64,000 nt of DNA from an uncultured delta proteobacterium. GTDB taxonomy: Bacteria > Desulfobacterota > Desulfobaccia > Desulfobaccales > 0-14-0-80-60-11. Within the stretch, counting starts at the first letter, position 1, and every line of letters begins with the position of its first letter. A program made the position numbers and the translations under genes. Under the pieces are notes generated by a model, which had not been told where the DNA came from, ran no database searches, and was given only the letters and a program-made list of their open reading frames with translations. This document shows positions 48,235 to 58,854 of this stretch, in pieces. The stretch lies in contig CAWETI010000002.1 of the NCBI GenBank assembly GCA_963812015.1, positions 608,001 to 672,000 of the forward strand, in the 5' to 3' direction.

Positions 48235-48487
48235 GGGGGCGATCGGCGCCAACCCCGGAGGCTCAAAGGCAAGGGTGGCTGCGGGCCGGAAATTCCTGAC
48301 CCGCCGGCCCGGTTCCCCTTTCCCTTCTCTGGTGAAAGGGGGGCAAAGCGGTGAGATACTTCGATGAGGCATAAGGGGGTATTTCATCCGGGTTATGAAA
48401 AAATCAAGTTATTGATAAGAATGCCCGAACAAGTCCAAAAGGGACGCCAGGCTGTCGTAGAGCCATGGAACAGGCCAAAGGTTAGGC

Positions 48488-50512
48488 ATGCAAGAGCAAC
48501 CGATTATTCTGGTAGTGGACGATGACCCTGCCATTCTGGAGCTGGTAACAGATATTCTGCAGCCATCCGGTTACCTGGTGAACACCGCCGCCAACGGGAA
48601 GGAAGCCTTGGCGGCCCTCCAGGCCCATCCCTATGATCTGGTCCTCACCGATATGATCATGCCCCAGATGGGGGGCATGGAATTAGTGCAATACCTGCGT
48701 CTGAACCATCCTGAGACCCTGGTTCTCGTGTTCACCGGTTTTGCCAGTTACCAGGACGCGGTGGATGCCGTGAAGCTCGGGGCGTTTGACTACCTCCCCA
48801 AGCCCTTGCAGCCCGAAATCTTGCGCCATGCCATCGAGCGGGCCCTGGATTATCAACGGGTGTGCCGGTCGCAACGGGATTTGGAGACGGTGTTCCAGGG
48901 GGCCGAAGCCTTGGGTTGGCAGGCCCTGGAACTAGTTTCCACCACTCCCGAGGCCGCCATCCTGGGAGAGTTGCGAGAGCAGGCCTGGCAGCAGAAAGAC
49001 CTCAAAGAGGTGGGGGGCCTTTTCCTGGAAGCCGCCCAGGCATTGCTGCACGTGACGAACAGCTCCATTTTCCTCTATGACCCCGTCCGGGGCCAGTTTT
49101 CCGGCCTGGCGGCTTTGGGTCACGACTCCGAAGGGAAGGCCGGGGCCATGATCACCGCCTCAGGGGTCATGGGTTACGTGGCCACGCACCGGCGTCCTTT
49201 GCTGGTCCCCGATCTCAGCCGGGACTCCCACTTAGCCCTGATGCCCCGGCGCACCACCTACCGGACTAACAGCTTCATGGTTATCCCCCTCACGGGATAT
49301 AAATTCTGGGGGGTGATCAACCTCGCCGATCGGCAGGACAAAAATCCTTTTGGCTCCCGGGATCTCTTCCTGGGCTGGCTGATAGGCCGGTTGCTGGTGG
49401 AGATTTTAGAGGCCAGGGAAGCCCCCGAGGAGATGAGCGTCCCGTCCCTGACAACCTGGATCACCAAAGAGATCCCCATGGGCATGGCGGTTCTGGACCA
49501 GGATCTCTCCGTCATCCAGGCCAACCCGGCCCTGGAGCGGATGGTGCATTTAACCAAAGGGAGTCTGGTGGGACGGAATCTTTTATCCTGCCTGAGATTA
49601 AGCCTCGCCGACCAGGATCTTCTCGGGCAAGCCTTCCAACAAGTCCTGGCCAGCCAGGAGCCCCGGGAATTGTCTTCCCTGAAATCGACTGGCAAGAATA
49701 ACGAAATCCGTTACCTCGGTATCAAAATGTTAACGGTGCCGGATGAACGCACCCCCCGCCGGGGATTGCTGCTGGTTGAGGATGTGACCGAATCGGAACA
49801 GCTCAAACAGCGGCTGGAACTTTACGAGCATCTGGCCATCATGGGCAAGCTCACCCTCTGCGTAGCCCACGAGCTGAACAATCCCCTGGACGGCATCCGA
49901 CGCTACCTGTCCCTGGCTATTTTGAAGAAAGAGGACGCCTCGAGTGTGGAACGCTACCTCACCGAGGCCCAGAAAGGGCTCCAGAAAATGTCCATGAGCC
50001 TCAAGTCATTGATGTTTTCGGCCAATCCGTTTAAAGCGCCGCCCCGAGCCAGCGACACGCTCCTCAACCTTCTCCAGGACGCCATCAAGATCATGATGTT
50101 CCAGGCCAGCGACCAACGGGTGCAGATCGATTTCCATCCGCCCCCGGAGTTTGAAAAAATTGTCACCGAGGCCGACCTCTATTACGTGTTCATCAATCTT
50201 ATCAAGAATGCCCTCCAGGCCATGCCTCAGGGAGGCCGCCTGGAGATGAGCGGCACGCTGAATGCGCCCGGTTTGGAGATTTCCTTTCATGACACCGGAG
50301 CCGGCCTCACCTCCGAGGAGATGAACCACATCTTCCAGCCGTTCTATTCCACCAAAGAGGGGATCCAGGGCTTGGGGTTGGGTTTACCCATTTGCCAGAA
50401 GATCCTGGAGCGCTACGGTGGCCGCTTAGCGGTGGAAAGCCAGCCCGGCCAGGGCACCACTGTCCGGGTGCTGTTGCCCTATGGTGAATCGGGAGTATCC
50501 CATGGCCAATAA
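48488..50512 (+). CDS. Hybrid sensor histidine kinase (REC-GAF-PAS-HisKA-HATPase)
   Basis: ILVVDDD/TDMIMP; VAHELNNPL; NLIKNA, DTGAG, FQPFYSTK, GLGLGL. Confidence 0.92.
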   Translation: MQEQPIILVVDDDPAILELVTDILQPSGYLVNTAANGKEALAALQAHPYDLVLTDMIMPQMGGMELVQYLRLNHPETLVLVFTGFASYQDAVDAVKLGAFDYLPKPLQPEILRHAIERALDYQRVCRSQRDLETVFQGAEALGWQALELVSTTPEAAILGELREQAWQQKDLKEVGGLFLEAAQALLHVTNSSIFLYDPVRGQFSGLAALGHDSEGKAGAMITASGVMGYVATHRRPLLVPDLSRDSHLALMPRRTTYRTNSFMVIPLTGYKFWGVINLADRQDKNPFGSRDLFLGWLIGRLLVEILEAREAPEEMSVPSLTTWITKEIPMGMAVLDQDLSVIQANPALERMVHLTKGSLVGRNLLSCLRLSLADQDLLGQAFQQVLASQEPRELSSLKSTGKNNEIRYLGIKMLTVPDERTPRRGLLLVEDVTESEQLKQRLELYEHLAIMGKLTLCVAHELNNPLDGIRRYLSLAILKKEDASSVERYLTEAQKGLQKMSMSLKSLMFSANPFKAPPRASDTLLNLLQDAIKIMMFQASDQRVQIDFHPPPEFEKIVTEADLYYVFINLIKNALQAMPQGGRLEMSGTLNAPGLEISFHDTGAGLTSEEMNHIFQPFYSTKEGIQGLGLGLPICQKILERYGGRLAVESQPGQGTTVRVLLPYGESGVSHGQ

Positions 50513-51911
50513 AGACATCCTGATCGTGGATGACGAGGCTCTGGTAGGTGAGTCCCTCAAAGAGATGCTCACCCTGGAAGGTTTCAGCGCCGATGCGGTG
50601 CTGGATGGCCAGGCCGCCTTGGCCAAGATCAAGGACGATCACTACGATTTGATTCTCTCCGATATCCAGATGCCCGACCTCAACGGCATCGAGTTACTCA
50701 AGGAGTTGAAAGGCCGGTCTCCCGATACGGCAGTCATTTTCATCACCGGCCACGGCCACATTGCCGGGGCCGTGGAGGCCATCAAACTGGGGGCTTACGA
50801 CTACATTACCAAGCCCATCGACGATCTGCGTCTCAAACTCACCATCGGCCACGCCCTGGAGCAGAAAAAGCTGCGGGCTTCTTACGACTCCCTGAAACAG
50901 CGCATCAAGCCCTGGAGCCTGGATGAGACCCTGGTGGTCGGGGACCGGAAGATGGACCAGCTCCTGGAACTGGTCCACACCATCGCCGACACCATGGCCA
51001 CGGTGCTGATCACCGGGGAATCGGGGACCGGCAAATCCATGCTGGCCCACTACATTCACCTGCACTCGCATCGCCGGGACAAGCCCTTTGTCAAAATCAG
51101 CTGCGGGTCCCTGTCCGAAACCCTTCTGGAGAGCGAGCTGTTCGGCCATGTCCGGGGTTCTTTTACCGGGGCCATCCGGGATAAAAAGGGGAAATTCGAA
51201 GAAGCCAGCGGCGGCACCATCTTTCTGGACGACATCAACTCGGCCTCCCCCAATTTACAGATTAAACTTCTGCGCGTCCTCCAGGAAAAGGTCATTGAAC
51301 GCGTGGGGGGAAATGTCCCCATCCATACGGATGTGCGGATCATCACGGCTACCAATGCCTCCCTCCAAGAAGAGGTAGCCAAGCAGAGCTTCCGGGAAGA
51401 CCTGTACTACCGCGTCAACGTGGTCTCGTTCACTATTCCGCCCTTGCGGGACCGATTGAGTGACATTGAACCCCTGGCAACCTTTTTCATCAAACAATTC
51501 AATCAGATCCACCATCGGGAGATCAAGGGCATCTCCAAGAGCGCCCTGCAATTCTGTCTCCAATACCCCTGGCCGGGAAATGTCCGGGAGTTGGAGAATG
51601 TCATGGAACGCGCCGTCATCCTGAGCCAGGGAGAGTTCATCGTCCCGGAATCCCTGCCAGCCAATATCCGGGAAAACCAGGCGGCCACCTTCCGGGAAGA
51701 TCTCAAGCACCTGACCCTGGAAGAAGCCATGGACCGGGCCGAGAAGCAGATCATCCTGGAGACCCTCCATGCGTTTAGCTGGAACCGCAAGCTCAGCGCC
51801 CGGACCCTGGGAATCAGCCGCACCACCCTGTTCAACAAGATGCGGCGGTTTCAACTGGTCGATCCCCGGCGGTCGGCGTCGAACAGCTTTAGCGAATTCG
51901 CCTCCACTTAA
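50502..51911 (+). CDS. Sigma-54-dependent response regulator (NtrC family)
   Basis: REC domain; GESGTGKS, LFGHVRGSFTGA, FREDLYYR, WPGNVRELEN; Fis-type HTH. Confidence 0.95.
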   Translation: MANKDILIVDDEALVGESLKEMLTLEGFSADAVLDGQAALAKIKDDHYDLILSDIQMPDLNGIELLKELKGRSPDTAVIFITGHGHIAGAVEAIKLGAYDYITKPIDDLRLKLTIGHALEQKKLRASYDSLKQRIKPWSLDETLVVGDRKMDQLLELVHTIADTMATVLITGESGTGKSMLAHYIHLHSHRRDKPFVKISCGSLSETLLESELFGHVRGSFTGAIRDKKGKFEEASGGTIFLDDINSASPNLQIKLLRVLQEKVIERVGGNVPIHTDVRIITATNASLQEEVAKQSFREDLYYRVNVVSFTIPPLRDRLSDIEPLATFFIKQFNQIHHREIKGISKSALQFCLQYPWPGNVRELENVMERAVILSQGEFIVPESLPANIRENQAATFREDLKHLTLEEAMDRAEKQIILETLHAFSWNRKLSARTLGISRTTLFNKMRRFQLVDPRRSASNSFSEFAST

Positions 51912-52133
51912 CCTTCCTTAAGGCCTTCGGGACGCGGGCACGATGCATCAGCCCCGCCAGGCATGGCGATGGCCTGGCTTAAGGCCACGGCCGGCCGTGC
52001 TCCCCGCCGGTCTGATAAAATGTCGGGGGGATGATTTTCCTTCCCGGCTGCTTTTTGCAGAGAGGAGCGGTGAGGCCGGAAGGCCGCCGTGAGTTTGCGG
52101 CGCCCGGTCGCCGCCAGGTACGCGAGGGACATT

Positions 52134-53483
52134 ATGGGTTACGACCCCGAGACTTTGGTGCAGTGGGACCGGGAGCATCTCTGGCATCCCTTTACCCAGA
52201 TGCGGGGCTTTAAAGAAGAAGCCCCCCTGATTATCAGCCGGGGAGAAGGGGTTTACCTCTATGACCTCCAGGGCAACCGCTACCTGGACGGGGTTTCTTC
52301 CCTGTGGGCCAATCTCCATGGGCACCGGCGCCCAGAATTGGACCGGGCCCTGGTGGCGCAGGTTTCCCTGGTGGCCCACAGCACCATGTTGGGGATCGCC
52401 CATCCCCCCGCCATCCTCCTGGCCCGCCGCCTGGTGGAAATCGCCCCGCCGGGCCTGAACAAGGTGTTCTTTTCGGACAACGGCTCCACCGCGGTGGAGG
52501 TGGCCCTGAAGGTGGCCTTCCAATTCTGGCGGAACCGGGGCCAGAGCCGGAAACAGCGCTTCCTGAAGCTCAGCGGCGCCTATCACGGCGACACCCTGGG
52601 GGCGGTGTCGGTGGGCGGCATCCCCTTATTCCATGAGATTTACCAGCCGCTCTTGTTTGACACCCTGGAGGCCCCGGCGCCCTACTGCTACCGGTGTCCC
52701 CACGGACAAGATTGTCGGGAGCAGTGTCTCGCCGGGCTGGAAGAACTGGTGGCCGCGCACCACCAGGAACTGGCCGCGGTGATCGTCGAGCCGGTGATGC
52801 AGGGCGCCGCGGGCATGATCCCCCAGCCCCCCGGTTATCTGGCGAAGGTCAGGGACGTGACCCGGCGCCATGACGTGCTCCTCATCGCCGATGAGGTGGC
52901 CGTGGGCTTCGGCCGCACCGGGAAGATGTTCGCCTGCGAACATGAAGGGGTGAGCCCCGATCTGCTCTGTCTGGCCAAAGGCATCACCGGGGGCTACCTG
53001 CCCCTGGCCGCCACCCTGGCTACCGACGACATCTACCAGGCTTTTTTGGGGGAATACCAGGAATTCAAGGCGTTCTTCCACGGGCACACCTATACCGGCA
53101 ACCCCCTGGGCGCCGCAGTGGGCCTGGCCAGCCTGGATATCTTCGTACAAGACCGGGTGCTGGAGGGGCTCCCGGCCAAGATCGAGCTCCTGGCCCAACG
53201 TCTGGCCCAGATGGCCGGCCAGCCCCACGTGGGGGATATCCGGCAGCGGGGCCTGATGGTGGGCCTCGAGTTGGTGGCCGATAAGGGCACCCGGGAACCC
53301 TTCCCCATGGCGCGGCGCACCGGGCACCGGGTGATTCTGGCGGCCCGGGAGCTGGGGGCCATCTTGCGCCCCCTGGGGGATGTCATCGTGCTGCTGCCGC
53401 CCCTGTGCATCACCGCGAGAGAACTGGACACCCTGTGTGACATCACCGCCGCGGCCATCGCCCAGGGCACGTCAGGGGATTAG
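52134..53483 (+). CDS. bioA: Adenosylmethionine-8-amino-7-oxononanoate aminotransferase
   Basis: HLWHPFTQM, DGVSSLW, SDNGSTAVEVALK, AYHGDT, IADEVAVGFGRTG, AKGITGGYLP, HGHTYTGNP, LRPLGD. Confidence 0.93.
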   Translation: MGYDPETLVQWDREHLWHPFTQMRGFKEEAPLIISRGEGVYLYDLQGNRYLDGVSSLWANLHGHRRPELDRALVAQVSLVAHSTMLGIAHPPAILLARRLVEIAPPGLNKVFFSDNGSTAVEVALKVAFQFWRNRGQSRKQRFLKLSGAYHGDTLGAVSVGGIPLFHEIYQPLLFDTLEAPAPYCYRCPHGQDCREQCLAGLEELVAAHHQELAAVIVEPVMQGAAGMIPQPPGYLAKVRDVTRRHDVLLIADEVAVGFGRTGKMFACEHEGVSPDLLCLAKGITGGYLPLAATLATDDIYQAFLGEYQEFKAFFHGHTYTGNPLGAAVGLASLDIFVQDRVLEGLPAKIELLAQRLAQMAGQPHVGDIRQRGLMVGLELVADKGTREPFPMARRTGHRVILAARELGAILRPLGDVIVLLPPLCITARELDTLCDITAAAIAQGTSGD

Positions 53484-53592
53484 GCAGTAAAGGTAGGGTG
53501 GGCCCTGCCCACCACATGGTTTTTTCGTTCCCAGGCAGGAGCTTGGAAATGAGTTGAGCTCAATTCATTGAATTCGGTGAGAACCGGAAAAT

Positions 53593-53859
53593 ATGCTCTA
53601 TACCACCCGCAGAGGCGAATCATTTGACGTGGGAAAAGATTTTTCCTCGCCGGAACGCCACATCCTCCAGAAGTTGTTTTTATGGAGAGACATGGCTGCC
53701 AGTGTGGAGGAATTCCGACTGAAGAAGCAGGAGGCCTTGCACAAAGGCTGGGGCGATTCCGGCCCCATTCAGGAAAGCCGCAATCTGCAAAGTATCACCC
53801 AAGATTTTGAAGAGCAGGTCGCCCGGCGACTACGGTCGGCGACGCCGGACCAGGGATGA
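53593..53859 (+). CDS. Hypothetical protein
   Basis: Plausible 88-aa ORF between co-oriented genes. Confidence 0.6.
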   Translation: MLYTTRRGESFDVGKDFSSPERHILQKLFLWRDMAASVEEFRLKKQEALHKGWGDSGPIQESRNLQSITQDFEEQVARRLRSATPDQG

Positions 53860-53930
53860 CGGAGGGGTGAAAGACATCAACCTATTGATTTTTCAAGTAA
53901 CTTATCTCATTTTATTCTGAGAGGACCACC

Positions 53931-54122
53931 ATGAAAACCTGGTCTTGGTTGCTCTTGGCCATGCTTGCGCTTATGGTGGGCTGCGCTCCGGGATACGAGG
54001 CCCCAAAGCCGGCCTACCCAACCGAGGCTCCCGCTTTTCGGGATACCGGGATGTGGCATCAAAACCCCGAGACCGAGTCCGAGCGGGAGCTGCGGATATG
54101 GCGTGAAGAGTCCGGCCGCTGA
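53931..54122 (+). CDS. Small lipoprotein
   Basis: GAGGA RBS; MKTWSWLLLAMLALMVGC signal peptide with lipobox. Confidence 0.7.
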   Translation: MKTWSWLLLAMLALMVGCAPGYEAPKPAYPTEAPAFRDTGMWHQNPETESERELRIWREESGR

Positions 54123-54363
54123 CCGCATGGTTGGCGATCCCCGGCTTAAGTAATGGAGGGCGGGCCTTGCCTGCCATATATGGTGCGCCGTGTGCACCCG
54201 ACACCAAGCCCAGGCCGGACGCCTGTGCCACCAATGCATCATAATGCTTCAGGGCAGTTATTCATGGGCCTTTGGCCCACCCGTAAATTATGAAAAGTTT
54301 ATGATTTGCATACCCCTGACTTTGAACCTTGAACCTGGAACTTTTCGGAACAGAGACAAAACC

Positions 54364-55461
54364 TTGGACCAGCTTCTTGCCGTAGCCGAGCAGTTTACCC
54401 CGCCGGGGCAGGTCCTGGGCCTCCGGGAATATGGCTCCGGCAATGTCAATGACACCTTCCTGGTAACCCTGGAGGGCGCGGCAGAACCGTACTTTATCCT
54501 GCAACGCCTCAATCCCCGGGTATTTCGCCGGCCCGAACTGGTCATGGGAAACCTTCGCACCGTGAGCGACCATGTGCGCCGGCGTTTAGCAGTTGCCCCC
54601 CTCAGCCCCGGACGCCGCTGGGAGGTGCCGCAGGTTAGGTTGACCCGGGACGGCCAGGACCATTTTATTGATCCCGAAGGGTCGTTCTGGCGGGCCCTCA
54701 GCTTTATTGAGGCCGCCGAAACCTTTGACATCATCAAAGATGTGGGGCAGGCGAAGGAAGTCGGCTATGCTCTGGGCATGTTCCATGGCTTCTTGAGCGA
54801 TTTGCCCCCGGAAAGACTGGCCGACACCCTGCCCGGGTTCCACCAGACGCCGGGGTATCTTAAGCACTATGACGAGGTCCTGGCGCAACCTGGGCCCCGC
54901 CAATCCCCCGAAGTGAATTATGCTTTACGGTTTGTTGAGGAGCGCAGAACCTGCGCGGCCGTCCTGGAGCAGGCCCGGGCCCAAGGTCGGCTCGCACTCC
55001 GCCCGATCCACGGCGACCCCAAGGTCAACAACGTCATGATGGACATCGCCACCGGGCAGGCCGTCAGCATGGTGGACCTGGACACCGTCAAGCCCGGCCT
55101 GGTGCATTATGATATCGGCGACTGCCTCCGGTCGGGCGGCAATCCCCTGGGCGAAGAAACCGGGGACTGGGAGTGGGTGCGCTTCGAGGCGGAACTCTGC
55201 CGGGCTATCCTGACAGGCTATCTCTCCCTGGCGAAAGGCTTCCTCACCGAGGACGACTATGCCCATCTGTACGATGCCATCCGCCTCATCACCTTCGAGT
55301 TGGGGCTGAGGTTTTTTACCGACTATCTGGCCGGCAATGTCTACTTCAAGGCCAGGCGCCCGGAACACAATCTGGCCCGGGCCCTGGTCCAATTCAAGCT
55401 GACCGAGAGCATTGAAGCCCAGGCCGCCGCCATTCATGCCATTATCCGGGAACTGAAATGA
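54364..55461 (+). CDS. APH-family phosphotransferase (N-acetylhexosamine kinase-like)
   Basis: GSGNVNDTF, ILQRLN, IHGDPKVNN, VDLDTVKPG, YDIGD, RFFTDYL.G..YFK; TTG start inferred. Confidence 0.85.
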   Translation: MDQLLAVAEQFTPPGQVLGLREYGSGNVNDTFLVTLEGAAEPYFILQRLNPRVFRRPELVMGNLRTVSDHVRRRLAVAPLSPGRRWEVPQVRLTRDGQDHFIDPEGSFWRALSFIEAAETFDIIKDVGQAKEVGYALGMFHGFLSDLPPERLADTLPGFHQTPGYLKHYDEVLAQPGPRQSPEVNYALRFVEERRTCAAVLEQARAQGRLALRPIHGDPKVNNVMMDIATGQAVSMVDLDTVKPGLVHYDIGDCLRSGGNPLGEETGDWEWVRFEAELCRAILTGYLSLAKGFLTEDDYAHLYDAIRLITFELGLRFFTDYLAGNVYFKARRPEHNLARALVQFKLTESIEAQAAAIHAIIRELK

Positions 55462-56003
55462 ACGGCCGCAACTTTTCCCTCCAGCCATTTTCCCCAATCA
55501 GCCCGCGCCTCGATATTACGATGAGCGGCAGCATCATTCGGCGCGCCCATAAACTTGCCATCCGCTATGAACTCAGCGGCCAGTTGGGGAAACTCGTCAT
55601 TCCGGCCCCGGCCTCCACGCCGGCCCGCCGGCACGGGCTTTGGCAAGCAACTTGTTTCGAGTTTTTTCTTGGGGTCAAGCAGGCGCGGCGATATTGGGAA
55701 TTCAACCTGTCCCCCGCCGGGGATTGGAACGTCTATCGCTTTGCCGCGTATCGACAGGGGGTTAAAGAGGAAATGGCCTTTACCTCACTCCCAGTGAGCC
55801 TCCGGCCCGAACCGGACTCGGTGCGGCTGGCCCTGGAAGTGGATTTGGGCAGCATCATCCCGGCGGACCAGCCCCTGGAGGTTGGCATTGCGGCAGTCAT
55901 CCAGCTCGCCGGCGGCGGGCTGACTTACTGGGCCTTGACCCATGGCGGCCTCCAGCCCGACTTTCACCGGCGGGACAGTTTTATCGTCGCCTTGTCAGCC
56001 TGA
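55458..56003 (+). CDS. DOMON-like domain protein
   Basis: LWQATCFEFF, YWEFNLSPAGDWNVYRF, YWALTH..PDFH; ATGA overlap with the kinase gene. Confidence 0.75.
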   Translation: MNGRNFSLQPFSPISPRLDITMSGSIIRRAHKLAIRYELSGQLGKLVIPAPASTPARRHGLWQATCFEFFLGVKQARRYWEFNLSPAGDWNVYRFAAYRQGVKEEMAFTSLPVSLRPEPDSVRLALEVDLGSIIPADQPLEVGIAAVIQLAGGGLTYWALTHGGLQPDFHRRDSFIVALSA

Positions 56004-56061
56004 ACCCGGGCGGAGGGTGCGCCTCTAAAATAATTTGGCAAGATACTTCCGGAATATAACC

Positions 56062-56850
56062 CTAAGGTCCGCCGCCCCGGGCGTTTTTGAGCATGGCGAT
56101 GGGCTTGGCCATATCGAGGATGTGTTGATGAATCGCGGCCAGGAGGTTACCGGGGACGCCCATCATGAGGTGGCAGGCGTCCAGGGCCGACTTCAGGCGG
56201 CACCCCAGGCCCAGAAAGGTGACGTTGGGGACCCCCTGCAGCAGGGGCAGAGCGGTGATATCCGCACAGCCCCCCAGGGCCCCCCCCGACTGGGGCAGGT
56301 CCATTCTCCCGCCTCGCTCGTAGTTCACCGCATAGAGGAGCCACATGACCTGCTCGCTGTCGGCCGCGAACACCACGACCTGGGGCTGGTCCCGGAAGGC
56401 GGATAGGGGTGCAATCAGGACCGCCCGGGTCTTGCCCTTTTCCAGGTAGGTGGAGTTGAGGATGGTGGCGGCGGAAGCCTCTTCGGAGCCATAGAGGCCC
56501 ACGCCGTATTTTTCCAGGACGCCGTCATCCAAAAAGGCCTCCGGGTCGGTCTCGAGCCCCAGCACCGAGGTGCCCAGCTTGCAGCCCATCTGGTCTTTCT
56601 TTAAGAGCAGGGTGCGGCCTTTCCCGGCCAGGACCAGGGCCTGGCAATAGCTCTTCAGCTTATCCGTGGCGAAGGGCAGATCGGGCGGGAGGGGGTCGGT
56701 TTCCCGGTAGAGGGTGACGCCCACGGGTTCATAGGTGAGGTCCAGGCCGGCCACCAGGTCATGGGACATGGCCTTGAAAGGGCTCATAAGGCACTCCATC
56801 TTGTCAAGATACTCAGAGTTTGTGGGTCCCTTGTAGCACAATTTTCCCAA
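56062..56850 (-). CDS. DUF169-like protein
   Basis: EPVGV, YCQAL, CKLG..LG, GGCAD, LGCR; true start probably near 56787-56799. Confidence 0.7.
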   Translation of the reverse strand: MGKLCYKGPTNSEYLDKMECLMSPFKAMSHDLVAGLDLTYEPVGVTLYRETDPLPPDLPFATDKLKSYCQALVLAGKGRTLLLKKDQMGCKLGTSVLGLETDPEAFLDDGVLEKYGVGLYGSEEASAATILNSTYLEKGKTRAVLIAPLSAFRDQPQVVVFAADSEQVMWLLYAVNYERGGRMDLPQSGGALGGCADITALPLLQGVPNVTFLGLGCRLKSALDACHLMMGVPGNLLAAIHQHILDMAKPIAMLKNARGGGP

Positions 56851-57055
56851 CCGGGCAACCGGCCGGGGCTGACCGAGGGCGGCTCACTCTGCGCCCCAGG
56901 ATTATGGGGCCGGTCTCCTGAGGGTCGGGCTGAATTCCCCGCATTTCTTCTTGGCGGGGGTTTTTTCATCTTGACGGCTTCGCTGAAAATCATATGGTGA
57001 GAATAGCTTATCTCAGGTAACCGGCCAACGAAGGGCGAAGCAGCGGGGGTAAAGG

Positions 57056-58072
57056 ATGGCAACGCCAAAAACGATGCGGGCCATGGTGCTGGAGCAGCCT
57101 GGGCAGCCCCTTAAGTGGTTGGAAGTGCCGGTGCCGACGCCGGGGCCGGAGCAGGTGCTTATTCGCGTCCATACCTGCGGGGTCTGCCGCACCGACCTCC
57201 ACGTGGTGGACGGCGAACTGCCCCATCCCAAACTGCCCCTGATCCTGGGCCATGAAATTGTGGGCACGGTGGTGGAGACCGGCAGTGCGGTCCGGCAGTT
57301 TCAGATCGGGGAGCGCCTCGGGGTGCCGTGGCTGGGTTATACCTGCGGCCGGTGCCGTTACTGTCGCCGGGGCCGGGAGAACCTGTGCGATCACCCCCGG
57401 TTCACCGGTTACACCCTGGACGGGGGATACGCCGAATACGCCGTGGCCGACCAGCGCTACAGTTTCTCCCTGCCGCCGGCCTACGGCGACGCTGAGGCGG
57501 CGCCGCTGCTGTGCGCCGGGCTCATCGGCTACCGCTCCTACCGCATGGCCCGGGACGCCGGGGAGCGGTTGGGGATTTACGGGTTTGGGGCCGCGGCCCA
57601 CATCGCCATCCAGATCGCGGTGTACCAGGGGAAAAAGGTCTATGCCTTCACCCGGGCGGGGGACGCCGAGACCCAGGAGTTTGCCCGCCGGCTGGGGGCG
57701 GTGTGGGCCGGGAGCTCCGAAGTGCGGCCCCCGGAGGAACTTGACGCCGCCATCATCTTTGCGCCGGTGGGCTCCCTTATCCCCGCGGCCCTCAGGGCTT
57801 CGGCCAAAGGTGGGGTCGTGGTCAGCGGCGGCATCCACATGAGCGACATCCCGTCGTTCCCCTACGACATTCTCTGGGGGGAGCGGATGGTGCGTTCGGT
57901 GGCCAACCTGACCCGCCGCGACGGCGAGGAGTTTCTTCAGCTCGCTCCCCAGGTGCCGGTCAAGACCGAAGTGCAGACCTTTCCCCTGGAGCAGGCCAAT
58001 GAGGCCCTAGATCAGTTGCGCCGGGGCCGGATCCAGGGGGCGGCGGTGTTGGTGGTGGGGGAAAAAGAATAG
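57056..58072 (+). CDS. Zinc-dependent alcohol dehydrogenase
   Basis: CGVCRTDLH, LGHE, CGRCRYC...ENLC, APLLCAGLIGYR, GIYGFGAAAH. Confidence 0.93.
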   Translation: MATPKTMRAMVLEQPGQPLKWLEVPVPTPGPEQVLIRVHTCGVCRTDLHVVDGELPHPKLPLILGHEIVGTVVETGSAVRQFQIGERLGVPWLGYTCGRCRYCRRGRENLCDHPRFTGYTLDGGYAEYAVADQRYSFSLPPAYGDAEAAPLLCAGLIGYRSYRMARDAGERLGIYGFGAAAHIAIQIAVYQGKKVYAFTRAGDAETQEFARRLGAVWAGSSEVRPPEELDAAIIFAPVGSLIPAALRASAKGGVVVSGGIHMSDIPSFPYDILWGERMVRSVANLTRRDGEEFLQLAPQVPVKTEVQTFPLEQANEALDQLRRGRIQGAAVLVVGEKE

Positions 58073-58188
58073 TTGAGGAGAGGGCTGGGGGAACCAGTTT
58101 CCCCACCCTCCCCTCAAACTCATCTCCCAGTCGCCTGTAAAGGAAGATTGGTGGCGCAGGCGTCTCGCCTGTGCAGGAAACCAGCGTC

Positions 58189-58632
58189 ATGCCGACACCC
58201 AAGGTCCTGTTCATCTGTTTGGGAAACTCCTGCCGCAGCATCATGGCCGAGGCCCTGACCCGGCACCGGTGCGGGGATCGCTGGGCCCCGGCTTCCGCCG
58301 GTCTCAACCCCCTGGGGTGGGTGGCCCCGGAGACCCTGGAGGTTTTGACGGAGATGGGGGTGAGCACCGCGGGGCTGCGCTCCAAGGGCCTGGAAGAGTT
58401 CGACCTTGGGGAGTTTCATCTCCTGGTCAACCTTTCCGACCATTCCCTGGGAGGGCGCCTCTCGCCCGTTTCCCCTGACCGATTGATCCACCGCCCGGTG
58501 CTTGACCCCTTCGGTGGCAGCCTGACGGTTTATCGCCGCAGCCGGGACGCCATCATGGAGGTAGTCATCCGGGAACTCTGCCGGGTGAAAAGGGGCAAAG
58601 ACCAGGCGCTGCCGAGGTGCTCTGATGGATAA
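58189..58632 (+). CDS. Low-molecular-weight phosphatase / ArsC-like protein
   Basis: VLFICLGNSCRSIMAEA, SAG, DPFG. Confidence 0.85.
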   Translation: MPTPKVLFICLGNSCRSIMAEALTRHRCGDRWAPASAGLNPLGWVAPETLEVLTEMGVSTAGLRSKGLEEFDLGEFHLLVNLSDHSLGGRLSPVSPDRLIHRPVLDPFGGSLTVYRRSRDAIMEVVIRELCRVKRGKDQALPRCSDG

Positions 58633-58854
58633 AATTCGGATGGGGCCGGCTGGCCGGCGGTGGGCCAGCCATCAGGGCGACAGCCATGAAGTGTAATTGT
58701 TAGGACTGGGGATTTCCGAAGCGATACCGCGCTCAGACTGAAAGCTCTTGGCGCCGGCGCCCGCCGGTTTCAGGTTGGACCGTTCTCTGAAGGATTTTCT
58801 TCAAACCCGGATATCTTGAGGAACGCCGGGGCCTTTTGAGGGAGCACCAGTTCT

